Notes under the pieces: model-generated | Seen by the model: only the letters and a program-made list of their open reading frames with translations | Told to the model about the DNA's origin: nothing | The model's database searches: none | DNA from: Pseudomonadota bacterium | Lineage (GTDB): Bacteria > Desulfobacterota > Binatia > Binatales > Binataceae | Length of the DNA: 64,000 nt | Reading direction: 5' to 3' | Assembly (NCBI GenBank): GCA_021324855.1 | Contig: JAJPIG010000011.1 | Coordinates: 130,877-194,876 of the forward strand | Shown: one piece after another, positions 10,699 through 17,531 of the stretch | Layout of the letters: each line of letters opens with the position of its first letter | Numbering within the stretch: the first letter of the stretch is position 1 | Position numbers and translations under genes: made by a program

Positions 10699-10713
10699 GA
10701 ATTGATTCCCTTC
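10699..10713. repeat. direct repeat GAATTGATTCC[G/C]TTC, copy 2
   Basis: Matches 8649..8663 at 14/15. Together they bracket the DUF1326 and methyltransferase genes. Confidence 0.3.
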
Positions 10714-10909
10714 GATCCTTTCCGCAAAGCACAACCGCCAAACGTTCCCGGCGATGTAGCTCTAAAAGACACCGATCTGCGATGTCAAGCTGCGCCTCGA
10801 TCGACAGGCAGGCGGAAGATTTTTAGTCACGTGTCGTGGTTTTTCCCTGTTTAAGAAGAGTCAAGCCTCCTTAATTCGTCTTAACGGACCCCTAATCAGG
10901 AGGAGGAAA

Positions 10910-11146
10910 ATGAGAATTCACGCGGGCGCCAGCGCCGTCACACGCCTTCAGGATCAAGCGGCAGCATCTGGTGCTGCAGGCCGAAACTGCCGGGGAAAAC
11001 TGTGGGCTAATCTCGTTGGTGTTGGCTGTATTTGCGGCCTCTTCGCTCACTTACGCGGACATCACACATACGTGCATGATCCCGACGGCCGCCTGGTGGG
11101 CGTCATCGATGCGTCAGGAAACGTAGTGACATACGTTGGGAACTGA
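10910..11146 (+). CDS. YD-repeat (RHS-like) fragment ORF ending exactly at the junction with toxin-module copy 1
   Basis: Strong RBS GGAGGAGG before the ATG. C-terminus HTYVHDPDGRLVGVIDASGNVVTYVGN matches the YD-repeat consensus. A TGA stop falls at the first bases of the conserved block. Confidence 0.4.
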   Translation: MRIHAGASAVTRLQDQAAASGAAGRNCRGKLWANLVGVGCICGLFAHLRGHHTYVHDPDGRLVGVIDASGNVVTYVGN

Positions 11147-11250
11147 AGTATCCGGGCGGACGGCCGGCGGCTCAGGGAGCGACCACCGGCCAATACCCGG
11201 AATGGGCGCCGGGGCAGGAACCGCTGGCGGGGCGGGTTATGTTGGTGGGC
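11133..11250 (+). repeat. conserved ~115-nt block, copy 1 (encodes RWELKYPGGRPAAQGATTGQYPEWAPGQEPLAGRVMLVG)
   Basis: Near-identical at nucleotide level to 12207..12320 and 13390..13507. Confidence 0.8.
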
Positions 11251-11550
11251 GATTATTCAACCCCGGGGGCGACTGCAAATTCGACGCCCCGGCCGCAGAC
11301 GTCTTCTCCGACACCATCCCCAACGGCCCGCTCCGGAAGCCGCTTTTCGAAGGCGTTCAGCGTATGCATAGCCAACGCGCTCGCTGGCCCATTGATTATT
11401 CCTCCGATAGTCTGCGGGGCGAGCGGATACGCATGCGCCCAGGGTTTTGGGATTGCTGAACCAGCTTGCCAAGTAGCAATACCATTTTGCACTGCGACGA
11501 TCGCAACCATCGGTGCATGCGCGACAGGCGTCGGGACGCCTGAGTTCTAG
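11239..11550 (+). CDS. polymorphic-toxin-like C-terminal module, copy 1 (Ser/Thr/Pro-rich linker plus hydrophobic Cys-containing tail); reading frame extends upstream to ~11125, out of frame with the YD ORF
   Basis: Frame-1 translation ...IRWELKYPGGRPAAQGATTGQYPEWAPGQEPLAGRVMLVGDYSTPGATANSTPRPQTSSPTPSPTARSG...CIANALAGPLIIPPIVCGASGYACAQGFGIAEPACQVAIPFCTATIATIGACATGVGTPEF. The track start is only the first in-frame Met. Confidence 0.4.
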   Translation: MLVGDYSTPGATANSTPRPQTSSPTPSPTARSGSRFSKAFSVCIANALAGPLIIPPIVCGASGYACAQGFGIAEPACQVAIPFCTATIATIGACATGVGTPEF

Positions 11551-11586
11551 AGATGTTATGAGAAGCCGTATCATGAGGCTCCATTT

Positions 11587-11964
11587 ATGCAGAATGTAAA
11601 CCTAACAAAGGGGACTCGAAGAACGATTAAAATCGCAATCTGCGCGATACTGATCGCGCAGGTATTAGGAAACATATGCTTATGGTATTTGAAAGCGGGG
11701 CCTGGCAACATGCGAATAGACCCGCGCCTGATTTTCTTGATTTTGCCCGGAATGATTTATTTGATGTGCACAAACGTACCATATGTGCTCGAAAGCTCGG
11801 AGGGCATTAAGCGTCAGGCCATTCATTACGCGAACTGGGCGCTGGCGTTCGGAATCTGGCAATTCTTAGCGCCGATTGGGCAGAGCGCTCTGGTCGCGCT
11901 CTTCGCAGTTGGTGTAGTGATAATGGTGCTTTCTGTGAAAGATGCTATTCGGGTCGAAGCATAG
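11587..11964 (+). CDS. small polytopic membrane protein (putative cognate immunity protein for module 1)
   Basis: ~4 predicted TM helices (IKIAICAILIAQVLGNICLWYL, LIFLILPGMIYLMC, WALAFGIWQFLAPIG, ALVALFAVGVVIMVL). Lower GC. Sits immediately 3' of module 1. Confidence 0.45.
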   Translation: MQNVNLTKGTRRTIKIAICAILIAQVLGNICLWYLKAGPGNMRIDPRLIFLILPGMIYLMCTNVPYVLESSEGIKRQAIHYANWALAFGIWQFLAPIGQSALVALFAVGVVIMVLSVKDAIRVEA

Positions 11965-12011
11965 CCCTGCTTAAGCGGCCATCCCGGTTGGAACCGTTGG
12001 GTTAGCGACCT

Positions 12012-12611
12012 GTGTCGCGGGCACCGCGGGCCGTGGCGGGATCCGACTTCATCGCTTCTCTGATCGCCGCTGACTTTACCGTGGGCATGATCGATCCGGC
12101 CGATCTGATTCCGGCCGCGGCGATCGCCGAGGCTCTCTATGAGATTGCCGACCTGTTCGGGCCTCGATCTGATCGGCGGCGGCCATCCGTACATTCCGCC
12201 GATTACACGTTGGGAACTGAAGCATCCGGGCGGACGGCGGCTCGGGGAGCGACCACCGGCCAATCCCCGGAATGGGCGCCGGGGCAGGAACCGTCGGCAG
12301 GCCGGGTTATGTTGGTTGGCCAGGTTTTCACCACCGCCCCGTATGCCCCATGCCAAGGCGAATGGATACCTCGGCGCCCCCCGGAAGCGTTAGGCTGGGC
12401 AGGCACCGGTACCGGGAGAGGGGAGGAGCCTGCCAATGGGGATGTGGGTTGTAGACAGTTCTGGGGATGCCGCAACTGTGATGACTGCTCCTTTGACTTA
12501 TACTCTGGGACAGGTCCATGGACGATTGGAAGGGGCGATGGCTGTGTAGCCGCTCCGGCCAGCCCGCAGAAGGGTTGTCCTGATATGAAGTTTTGGCGAG
12601 GACATAGATAG
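12012..12611 (+). CDS. polymorphic-toxin-like protein, copy 2 (conserved N-terminal region plus Cys-rich C-terminal domain)
   Basis: N-terminal IAADFTVGMIDPADLIPAAAIAEALYEIADLFG, the conserved block, then the variable tail CQGEWIP...VGCRQFWGCRNCDDCSFDLYSG...QKGCPD. The internal segment is in a shifted frame relative to copy 3 (+1 then -4 nt). Confidence 0.5.
   Translation: MSRAPRAVAGSDFIASLIAADFTVGMIDPADLIPAAAIAEALYEIADLFGPRSDRRRPSVHSADYTLGTEASGRTAARGATTGQSPEWAPGQEPSAGRVMLVGQVFTTAPYAPCQGEWIPRRPPEALGWAGTGTGRGEEPANGDVGCRQFWGCRNCDDCSFDLYSGTGPWTIGRGDGCVAAPASPQKGCPDMKFWRGHR
12207..12320 (+). repeat. conserved ~115-nt block, copy 2 (4 nt shorter)
   Basis: Nucleotide-level near-identity to copies 1 and 3. 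Confidence 0.8.
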
Positions 12612-12625
12612 GGGGCACACGGACC

Positions 12626-13165
12626 GTGAGAATTCTACGGGCTAAAGTCTATTTCCTTTTAATTTTAATTTTTCTTATAAGTACGATCGGCGCTGAGCAG
12701 CGACCCGCTGATGCTGCTCAACGTCCGAGCGCTCTGTTGCTTTATCCCAAGGCATCAAACGTCTCGTCCGGACGGAATGGAAACGACCTCACTTATCACG
12801 TCAATGTTAAGTATCCTGCCTCCGATTTTATCGGCTGGATTTCCAACAGGTTACAGGAGTTAGGCTGGGAGCCCCTTAAGGAGGATTTCCTGAACCCGGG
12901 CCTTCCAACATCTCAAGTAAGAGGCTGGTTGGAGTTCGTCGATGAGCGCAAAAAGCCTGAATTGATTCATCAATGGATCGGCGATTGGAAGGACTCCTCC
13001 GGAAACATCGTACGTTATGCACTTCGGTACAGGAAGCCCGGATATGGTACTTCCGACTTGACTGATTTGGAGGTGATAGCTTCGTACGATTCGGCCTCGA
13101 CTGTGCGCAAGCTACAGCGGAGCGTCGAACGATTCAAAGAGACTCAACAGCGATCCCCTCACTAA
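12626..13165 (+). CDS. secreted protein with signal peptide (putative immunity protein A)
   Basis: N-terminal signal peptide (VYFLLILIFLISTIGA). ~45% identical to the 13833..14339 product (shared FLNPGLPTSQVRGW and DWKDSSGNIVRYA). AT-rich start. Sits immediately 3' of module 2. Confidence 0.5.
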   Translation: MRILRAKVYFLLILIFLISTIGAEQRPADAAQRPSALLLYPKASNVSSGRNGNDLTYHVNVKYPASDFIGWISNRLQELGWEPLKEDFLNPGLPTSQVRGWLEFVDERKKPELIHQWIGDWKDSSGNIVRYALRYRKPGYGTSDLTDLEVIASYDSASTVRKLQRSVERFKETQQRSPH

Positions 13166-13168
13166 CCC

Positions 13169-13801
13169 TTGCTCAAGCGGAGCTTCGTCACCGTGGGCGA
13201 CGGCGCCGCCGCAGGCATGGAGGCGTGTAATGCATTCATCGCCGCTGATCTGGCGTTCGGCGATACGAATCCCGGCACCGCGTTGCCGGCTTGGGCGGTG
13301 GCGGCGATCGCAGAGGCAATTTATGGGATTGCCGACCTGTTCGGCCTCGATCTGTTCGGCGGCGGCCATCCGTACATTCCGCCGATCATACGTTGGGAGA
13401 TAAAGCATCCGGGCGGACGGCCGGCGGCTCAGGGAGCGACCACCGGCCAATACCCGGAATGGGCGCCGGGGCAGGAACCGCTGGCGGGGCGGATCATGTT
13501 GGTGGGCGTGAATGATTGTGGCGGCGAATGGGTGAATACAAAGTCTCGCGACAGTTTGGTCATCTGCTCCCCCAACTATGGCTGCGCGACTCTCGGGTGT
13601 CTTTGTTACTGGGGGTGTCGAGAGTGCGACGGCTCCTTTGACCTATACTCTGGGGACGTAGAGTCCGGGAACGGGCCCACCACGCGAGGCATACCGCTGG
13701 GCAATGGTGGTTGCTCTTGCTTGAATTATCCGGGTCCACAGCAAGGTTGCCAAAAGAATAACCCGCCTGGTCCTGGTATTTGGCGCCGCCGAAACCCTTA
13801 G
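13169..13801 (+). CDS. polymorphic-toxin-like protein, copy 3 (intact frame)
   Basis: AADLAFGDTNPGTALPAWAVAAIAEAIYGIADLFGLDLFGGGHPYIPPIIRWEIKHPGGRPAAQGATTGQYPEWAPGQEPLAGRIMLVG followed by the Cys-rich tail CGGEWVN...CLCYWGCRECDGSFDLYSG...QQGCQK. Confidence 0.55.
   Translation: MLKRSFVTVGDGAAAGMEACNAFIAADLAFGDTNPGTALPAWAVAAIAEAIYGIADLFGLDLFGGGHPYIPPIIRWEIKHPGGRPAAQGATTGQYPEWAPGQEPLAGRIMLVGVNDCGGEWVNTKSRDSLVICSPNYGCATLGCLCYWGCRECDGSFDLYSGDVESGNGPTTRGIPLGNGGCSCLNYPGPQQGCQKNNPPGPGIWRRRNP
13390..13507 (+). repeat. conserved ~115-nt block, copy 3
   Basis: Nucleotide-level near-identity to copies 1 and 2. Confidence 0.8.
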
Positions 13802-13832
13802 ATTTGATGGCCAGGGCGTTAGGAGTATCAAT

Positions 13833-14339
13833 ATGGCGGTTCGAGGCAAGATTTTCGCGGTCTGGGCTATAATTGGTTTAGTCTTGATTCAGGTACATTT
13901 TGTCTACACGCGCGAATATCCTGAAGCACTGCTTGAGTACCCTAGCGCTAAGGCTGCGAAATATAGCGAGGTCGAGGGCAAAACACAGCTTGACTACTTC
14001 TTGGACACCAAGTTTCCCGCTTCAGGGGTGATTGGCTGGGTTTCCGATCACCTTAAGGATGCCGGATGGAAACCACTCACGCATGATTTTCTGAATCCGA
14101 CATTACCCTCATCTCAGGTACAGGGTTGGCGTCACTTCATAGACGGAAGAGGAAAACACGATATCTGCGTTCATGCCTGGACGGGGGACTGGACGGACGC
14201 CTCCGGGAATGTTGTCACGTATGCTTTTATATACCGGACCGTTGATTGTAGCACTTCACATTTGACCAATCTTGAAGTGTTGGTCGTATATTATCCTGCG
14301 CAAACTGCAGAGCAATTCAGAAAGCTCGGAGGCGGATAG
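13833..14339 (+). CDS. secreted protein with signal peptide (putative immunity protein B), paralog of 12626..13165
   Basis: Signal peptide (IFAVWAIIGLVLIQV). Shares FLNPTLPSSQVQGW and DWTDASGNVVTYA with immunity A. Sits immediately 3' of module 3. Confidence 0.5.
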   Translation: MAVRGKIFAVWAIIGLVLIQVHFVYTREYPEALLEYPSAKAAKYSEVEGKTQLDYFLDTKFPASGVIGWVSDHLKDAGWKPLTHDFLNPTLPSSQVQGWRHFIDGRGKHDICVHAWTGDWTDASGNVVTYAFIYRTVDCSTSHLTNLEVLVVYYPAQTAEQFRKLGGG

Positions 14340-14383
14340 CGGCCCGCGGGCTCAGCCCTGCCTCAGCCTGGCCAGCCGAAGAA

Positions 14384-14500
14384 CTCATCGCCGCCGATCT
14401 GACGTTCGGCGATACCAATCCCGGCACGGCGTTACCGGCTTGGACGGTGGCGGCGATCGCCGAGGCCATCTATGGGAGTGCCGACCTGTTCGGGCCTCGA
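14384..14500 (+). pseudogene. truncated fourth copy of the toxin-module N-terminal region
   Basis: ELIAADLTFGDTNPGTALPAWTVAAIAEAIYGSADLFG matches the copy-3 N-terminus at nucleotide level. It carries the copy-2-type variant ttcgggcctcgatctgatcg, then diverges and terminates. Confidence 0.45.
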
Positions 14501-14619
14501 TCTGATCGCAGCCCCCCGCATCGCACGGTTCTTTGCCCTCGCCCAAATTGGGGGAGGCTGAGGGCGCCTGAAGGTCCGATTGACATATGCCCTCTGAGGT
14601 GCGGTGATTTGAGCGGCGC

Positions 14620-15711
14620 ATGATGGCGGGGCCAACCAAAGAATTGCTCATGGTCGGGAGCGTGCCGCTCGATACGGCGGAGGAAGTGATGCGCGCGCTC
14701 GCTGAAAAGCTGGGCCCATCGCTCGATTGCTTCCCCGACGGCGAGGTCGGCGAGCGTCATCGATGGATCACGTTCCAGGCCTATCGCGTGATGCACGGTC
14801 ATCCTGAGATCGAGACGCTCACCCGGCCTGCACCGATCAACGGGGTCGAAAGCTGGCGTCCCCGTGACATCCACGATTACTGGAGCTTCCGCGTTCGTCC
14901 CGGAGTCGAGCGCGTGCGCTTCGGCGATCCCGGATGGCGGCTCGGCTACGCGCACGACGCGGCCAATTCCTATTTTGTCTTCAAGACGCTCCGCGCGCAG
15001 GGCGTGATTCCCGCCGCCGCGCGCTTCCAGGTCTGCATCCCATTGCCGCTGAGCGTGCTGTATCTCCAGTTTCGCGATCCCGCGGATTGGGATCGCGTGG
15101 GGCCGGGCTACGAAGCCGCGATGCGTGACGAGATCGCGACTATCGTGCGGCAGATTCCCGCGCGCGACCTCGCGATCCAATGGGATTGCGCGAGCGAGAT
15201 GGTCGACCTTGAAAATTTCCTGCCGTGGACGCCGGGCGAAGGCAAGCTCGAGCGGCTCGTTGGGGAGATCGAACGGCTCAGGATGAGCGCGATTCCCGAG
15301 GACGTCTGGCTCGGGCTCCATCTCTGCTACGGCACGCTCGGCGGATGGCCGATGGTGATGCCCAAGGATTTCGGGCTCTGTGTTCAGGTCGCCAACGCGG
15401 CGGCCGCGGTTGCCGGACGCCGATTCGATTTCATCCATATGCCGGGGCCGGCGAATCGCTTCGACGACGATTTCTATCGGCCGCTCAGCGATTTGAAGAT
15501 ACCCGGCGCGCGCATCTACCTCGGCATGATTCACGATCACGAGCAGGACGCGGAGCCGCTGCGCCGGCGGATCGAGGTGGCGCGGCGTTATCTCCCGGAA
15601 TTCGGACTCGGCGCGCCGTGCGGCTTCGGTCGCCGCAAGCGCGAGGAGATTCCGCGCGCCTTGGAAGCGCATCGTGTCGCCGCGGAAACCTTGCGCGCAT
15701 CGCAAGCCTGA
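14620..15711 (+). CDS. MetE C-terminal-domain-like (UroD/MetE superfamily) putative Zn-dependent methyltransferase, paralog of 50080..51138
   Basis: Motif order resembles cobalamin-independent methionine synthase: DLAIQWD (cf. IQIDE), LHLCYGT (cf. HMCYS His/Cys Zn ligands), C-terminal GAPCGFGRR (cf. PDCGLKTR). Clear paralogy with the 50080 gene. Confidence 0.5.
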   Translation: MMAGPTKELLMVGSVPLDTAEEVMRALAEKLGPSLDCFPDGEVGERHRWITFQAYRVMHGHPEIETLTRPAPINGVESWRPRDIHDYWSFRVRPGVERVRFGDPGWRLGYAHDAANSYFVFKTLRAQGVIPAAARFQVCIPLPLSVLYLQFRDPADWDRVGPGYEAAMRDEIATIVRQIPARDLAIQWDCASEMVDLENFLPWTPGEGKLERLVGEIERLRMSAIPEDVWLGLHLCYGTLGGWPMVMPKDFGLCVQVANAAAAVAGRRFDFIHMPGPANRFDDDFYRPLSDLKIPGARIYLGMIHDHEQDAEPLRRRIEVARRYLPEFGLGAPCGFGRRKREEIPRALEAHRVAAETLRASQA

Positions 15712-15745
15712 ATTTCATCGGACAAAAGGAGAGGGGTAAGAAAGA

Positions 15746-16057
15746 GTGGGACGCAGAATCCTGGCCGGCTTTGGGACGCTGTTTGTAATCATCTTTTTCG
15801 GCGCGGCACCCTTCGCCGCTGCAGCCGGCCGCACGATCGAAGTGAACGGGCGGGGCGAGGCAAAGGCCAAGCCGGACACGATGCTGCTGTCGTTTGTCGT
15901 CGAAGCCAAAGGCGACAGCGCCGACGAGAGTACAACGGCGCTGACGGAGCGCGCCAAAGCGCTCGGCGCCGCATCGATTCCGAACGCTCTGCCGCGCCTG
16001 ACGCCGCGCGAGGTCAGCTACACCGCCGAAGTCAGCGTGACTTATCAGATCGAGTGA
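15746..16057 (+). CDS. SIMPL/DUF541-like periplasmic protein, N-terminal fragment only (likely remnant)
   Basis: Signal peptide plus RTIEVNGRGEAKAKPDTMLLSFVVEAKGDSADES matches the SIMPL-domain N-terminus. At 103 aa it is ~130 aa short of typical members. Confidence 0.4.
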   Translation: MGRRILAGFGTLFVIIFFGAAPFAAAAGRTIEVNGRGEAKAKPDTMLLSFVVEAKGDSADESTTALTERAKALGAASIPNALPRLTPREVSYTAEVSVTYQIE

Positions 16058-16112
16058 CGCTGCCCAATCTGATGCGTTGCAGTGTTCTTCGGCCGCGGCG
16101 CGTAGTCTTCCG

Positions 16113-16592
16113 CTACTTTACGTACAGAATCAGTGACTCGTAGATCACCGCCGGCCGATCCTGGCCGACGACGTGGATGTGCACCTCGGTCGTCACCTGC
16201 GTCCCCTGCGGGCGCGCCTCGACCGCGAGCAGCCGCGTGCGCGCATGCACGCTCGCACCCGCTGGCACCGGCTGAGCGAAGCGCAGCTTGTTCGCGCCGT
16301 AGTTAACCACGTTGCGATAGCCGGTGACCTTCCACGCCGTCGCCGAATCGTCAAACGTGGTAAGCGCGGGAATCAGGCTGAGCGTCAGGAAGCCATGCGC
16401 GACCGGTCCCTTGAACGGGCTTTCGCGTTTGGCACGCTCGACATCGACGTGAATCCATTGATGGTCGCCGGTCACATCGGCGAACTGGTTGATCTTCTCC
16501 TGCGTCACCGCGATCGGCTTGCTCCACGGGCCGAACTGATCGCTGATCTTCGAGCGCAGCTTTTCGAGGTCGTCGAAGCGGATGGTCTCCAT
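16113..16592 (-). CDS. MaoC-like (R)-specific enoyl-CoA hydratase, hotdog fold
   Basis: Hotdog hydratase motif region FKGPVAHGFLTLSL. Confidence 0.7.
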   Translation of the reverse strand: METIRFDDLEKLRSKISDQFGPWSKPIAVTQEKINQFADVTGDHQWIHVDVERAKRESPFKGPVAHGFLTLSLIPALTTFDDSATAWKVTGYRNVVNYGANKLRFAQPVPAGASVHARTRLLAVEARPQGTQVTTEVHIHVVGQDRPAVIYESLILYVK

Positions 16593-16712
16593 GGCGTCCT
16601 CCAGTGCCTATCGATGTAGCGCGCGCGGCGCATCGAATGGAAGCGCAAACGTTTGACAAGCGCGCTTCAAACCGCATAGCTAACCCAAATCGCACAGTAG
16701 CGAATCTCGGGC

Positions 16713-17531
16713 ATGCCGACCAAGTACTGGGACGTCTCAGGCCACGCGATCTATCTTCATTATGCGGGCGCGACCACGCTGCCCGGTGTTGCGCCCGACC
16801 TTGGCCGTGGACGCCGGTTGCTTTTCCTCCATGCCGCCGGCTCGAACGGCCACAACTGGCATCATCAGATCGATCACTTCGGCGCGGCGCATAGCCCCGT
16901 CGCGTTCGATTTTCCCGGCCACGGCCGCTCCACCGGGCTCGAAGGCTTCGGCTCGATTCGCGAGTATGCCGATTTCACTGTCGCGCTGATGGATTCGCTC
17001 GCGATGCGATCGGCGGTGATCGTCGGGCGCTCGATGGGCTCAATGATCGCGCTTGACCTGGCCGCGCGGCATCCGGCGCGCGCTGATGCACTGGTGCTGA
17101 TTGCCGCCGCTGCGAAGCTGAACCTGCCATCGGAACGGCTCGAGGCGCTCCGGGCGGTCGCCGTCGGACGCGCGGCGCAGGCCTTCACCAACGACGGCTT
17201 CGCGAAGGCGACGGTCGAGAAAAACTTCTCCGTCGTCCGCGAGTCGTGGATGGAACAGGTGAAGACCGACCCGCGCGTGCGCTACACGGATCTGATGGCG
17301 TGCAATACCGCCGATCTCCGCGACTCGCTCACGAGGATCGACCAACCGACGCTGTTGATCGCCGGCGCCGAGGACGGCGTAACCACGCCGGGCGACGCCG
17401 AATTTATCGCGGGCAGAATCAGAGGGGCGCGGGTCGTGGTCATTGCCGATGCCGCGCATAACGCGCCGATCGAACGCCCGGCCGAAGTGAACGCGGCGCT
17501 CGAAAAATTTCTCGCGGAGATTGCCCGATGA
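16713..17531 (+). CDS. alpha/beta-fold hydrolase
   Basis: GRSMGSM nucleophile elbow, HGxG-type oxyanion region, C-terminal His. Confidence 0.7.
   Translation: MPTKYWDVSGHAIYLHYAGATTLPGVAPDLGRGRRLLFLHAAGSNGHNWHHQIDHFGAAHSPVAFDFPGHGRSTGLEGFGSIREYADFTVALMDSLAMRSAVIVGRSMGSMIALDLAARHPARADALVLIAAAAKLNLPSERLEALRAVAVGRAAQAFTNDGFAKATVEKNFSVVRESWMEQVKTDPRVRYTDLMACNTADLRDSLTRIDQPTLLIAGAEDGVTTPGDAEFIAGRIRGARVVVIADAAHNAPIERPAEVNAALEKFLAEIAR

Noticed and set aside
11100-11150. Programmed -1 ribosomal frameshift joining the YD-repeat ORF to toxin module 1
   Set aside because: No slippery heptamer or obvious downstream structure. The junction coincides exactly with the edge of the recombining block, so a recombination fossil is the simpler explanation.
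11136-11459. Track ORF 11136..11459 (MGTEVSGRTAGGSGSDHRP...) and similar Gly/Arg-rich ORFs inside the toxin modules (12139..12393, 12272..12454, 13291..13515)
   Set aside because: Alternative-frame readings of the conserved ~115-nt block. 12139..12393 is informative only as evidence of the copy-2 frameshift.
13240-13340. Double-glycine (bacteriocin-type) leader in the module N-terminus (…ADLFGLDLFGGG)
   Set aside because: Does not fit the LSxxELxxIxGG consensus and no peptidase-domain ABC exporter is nearby.
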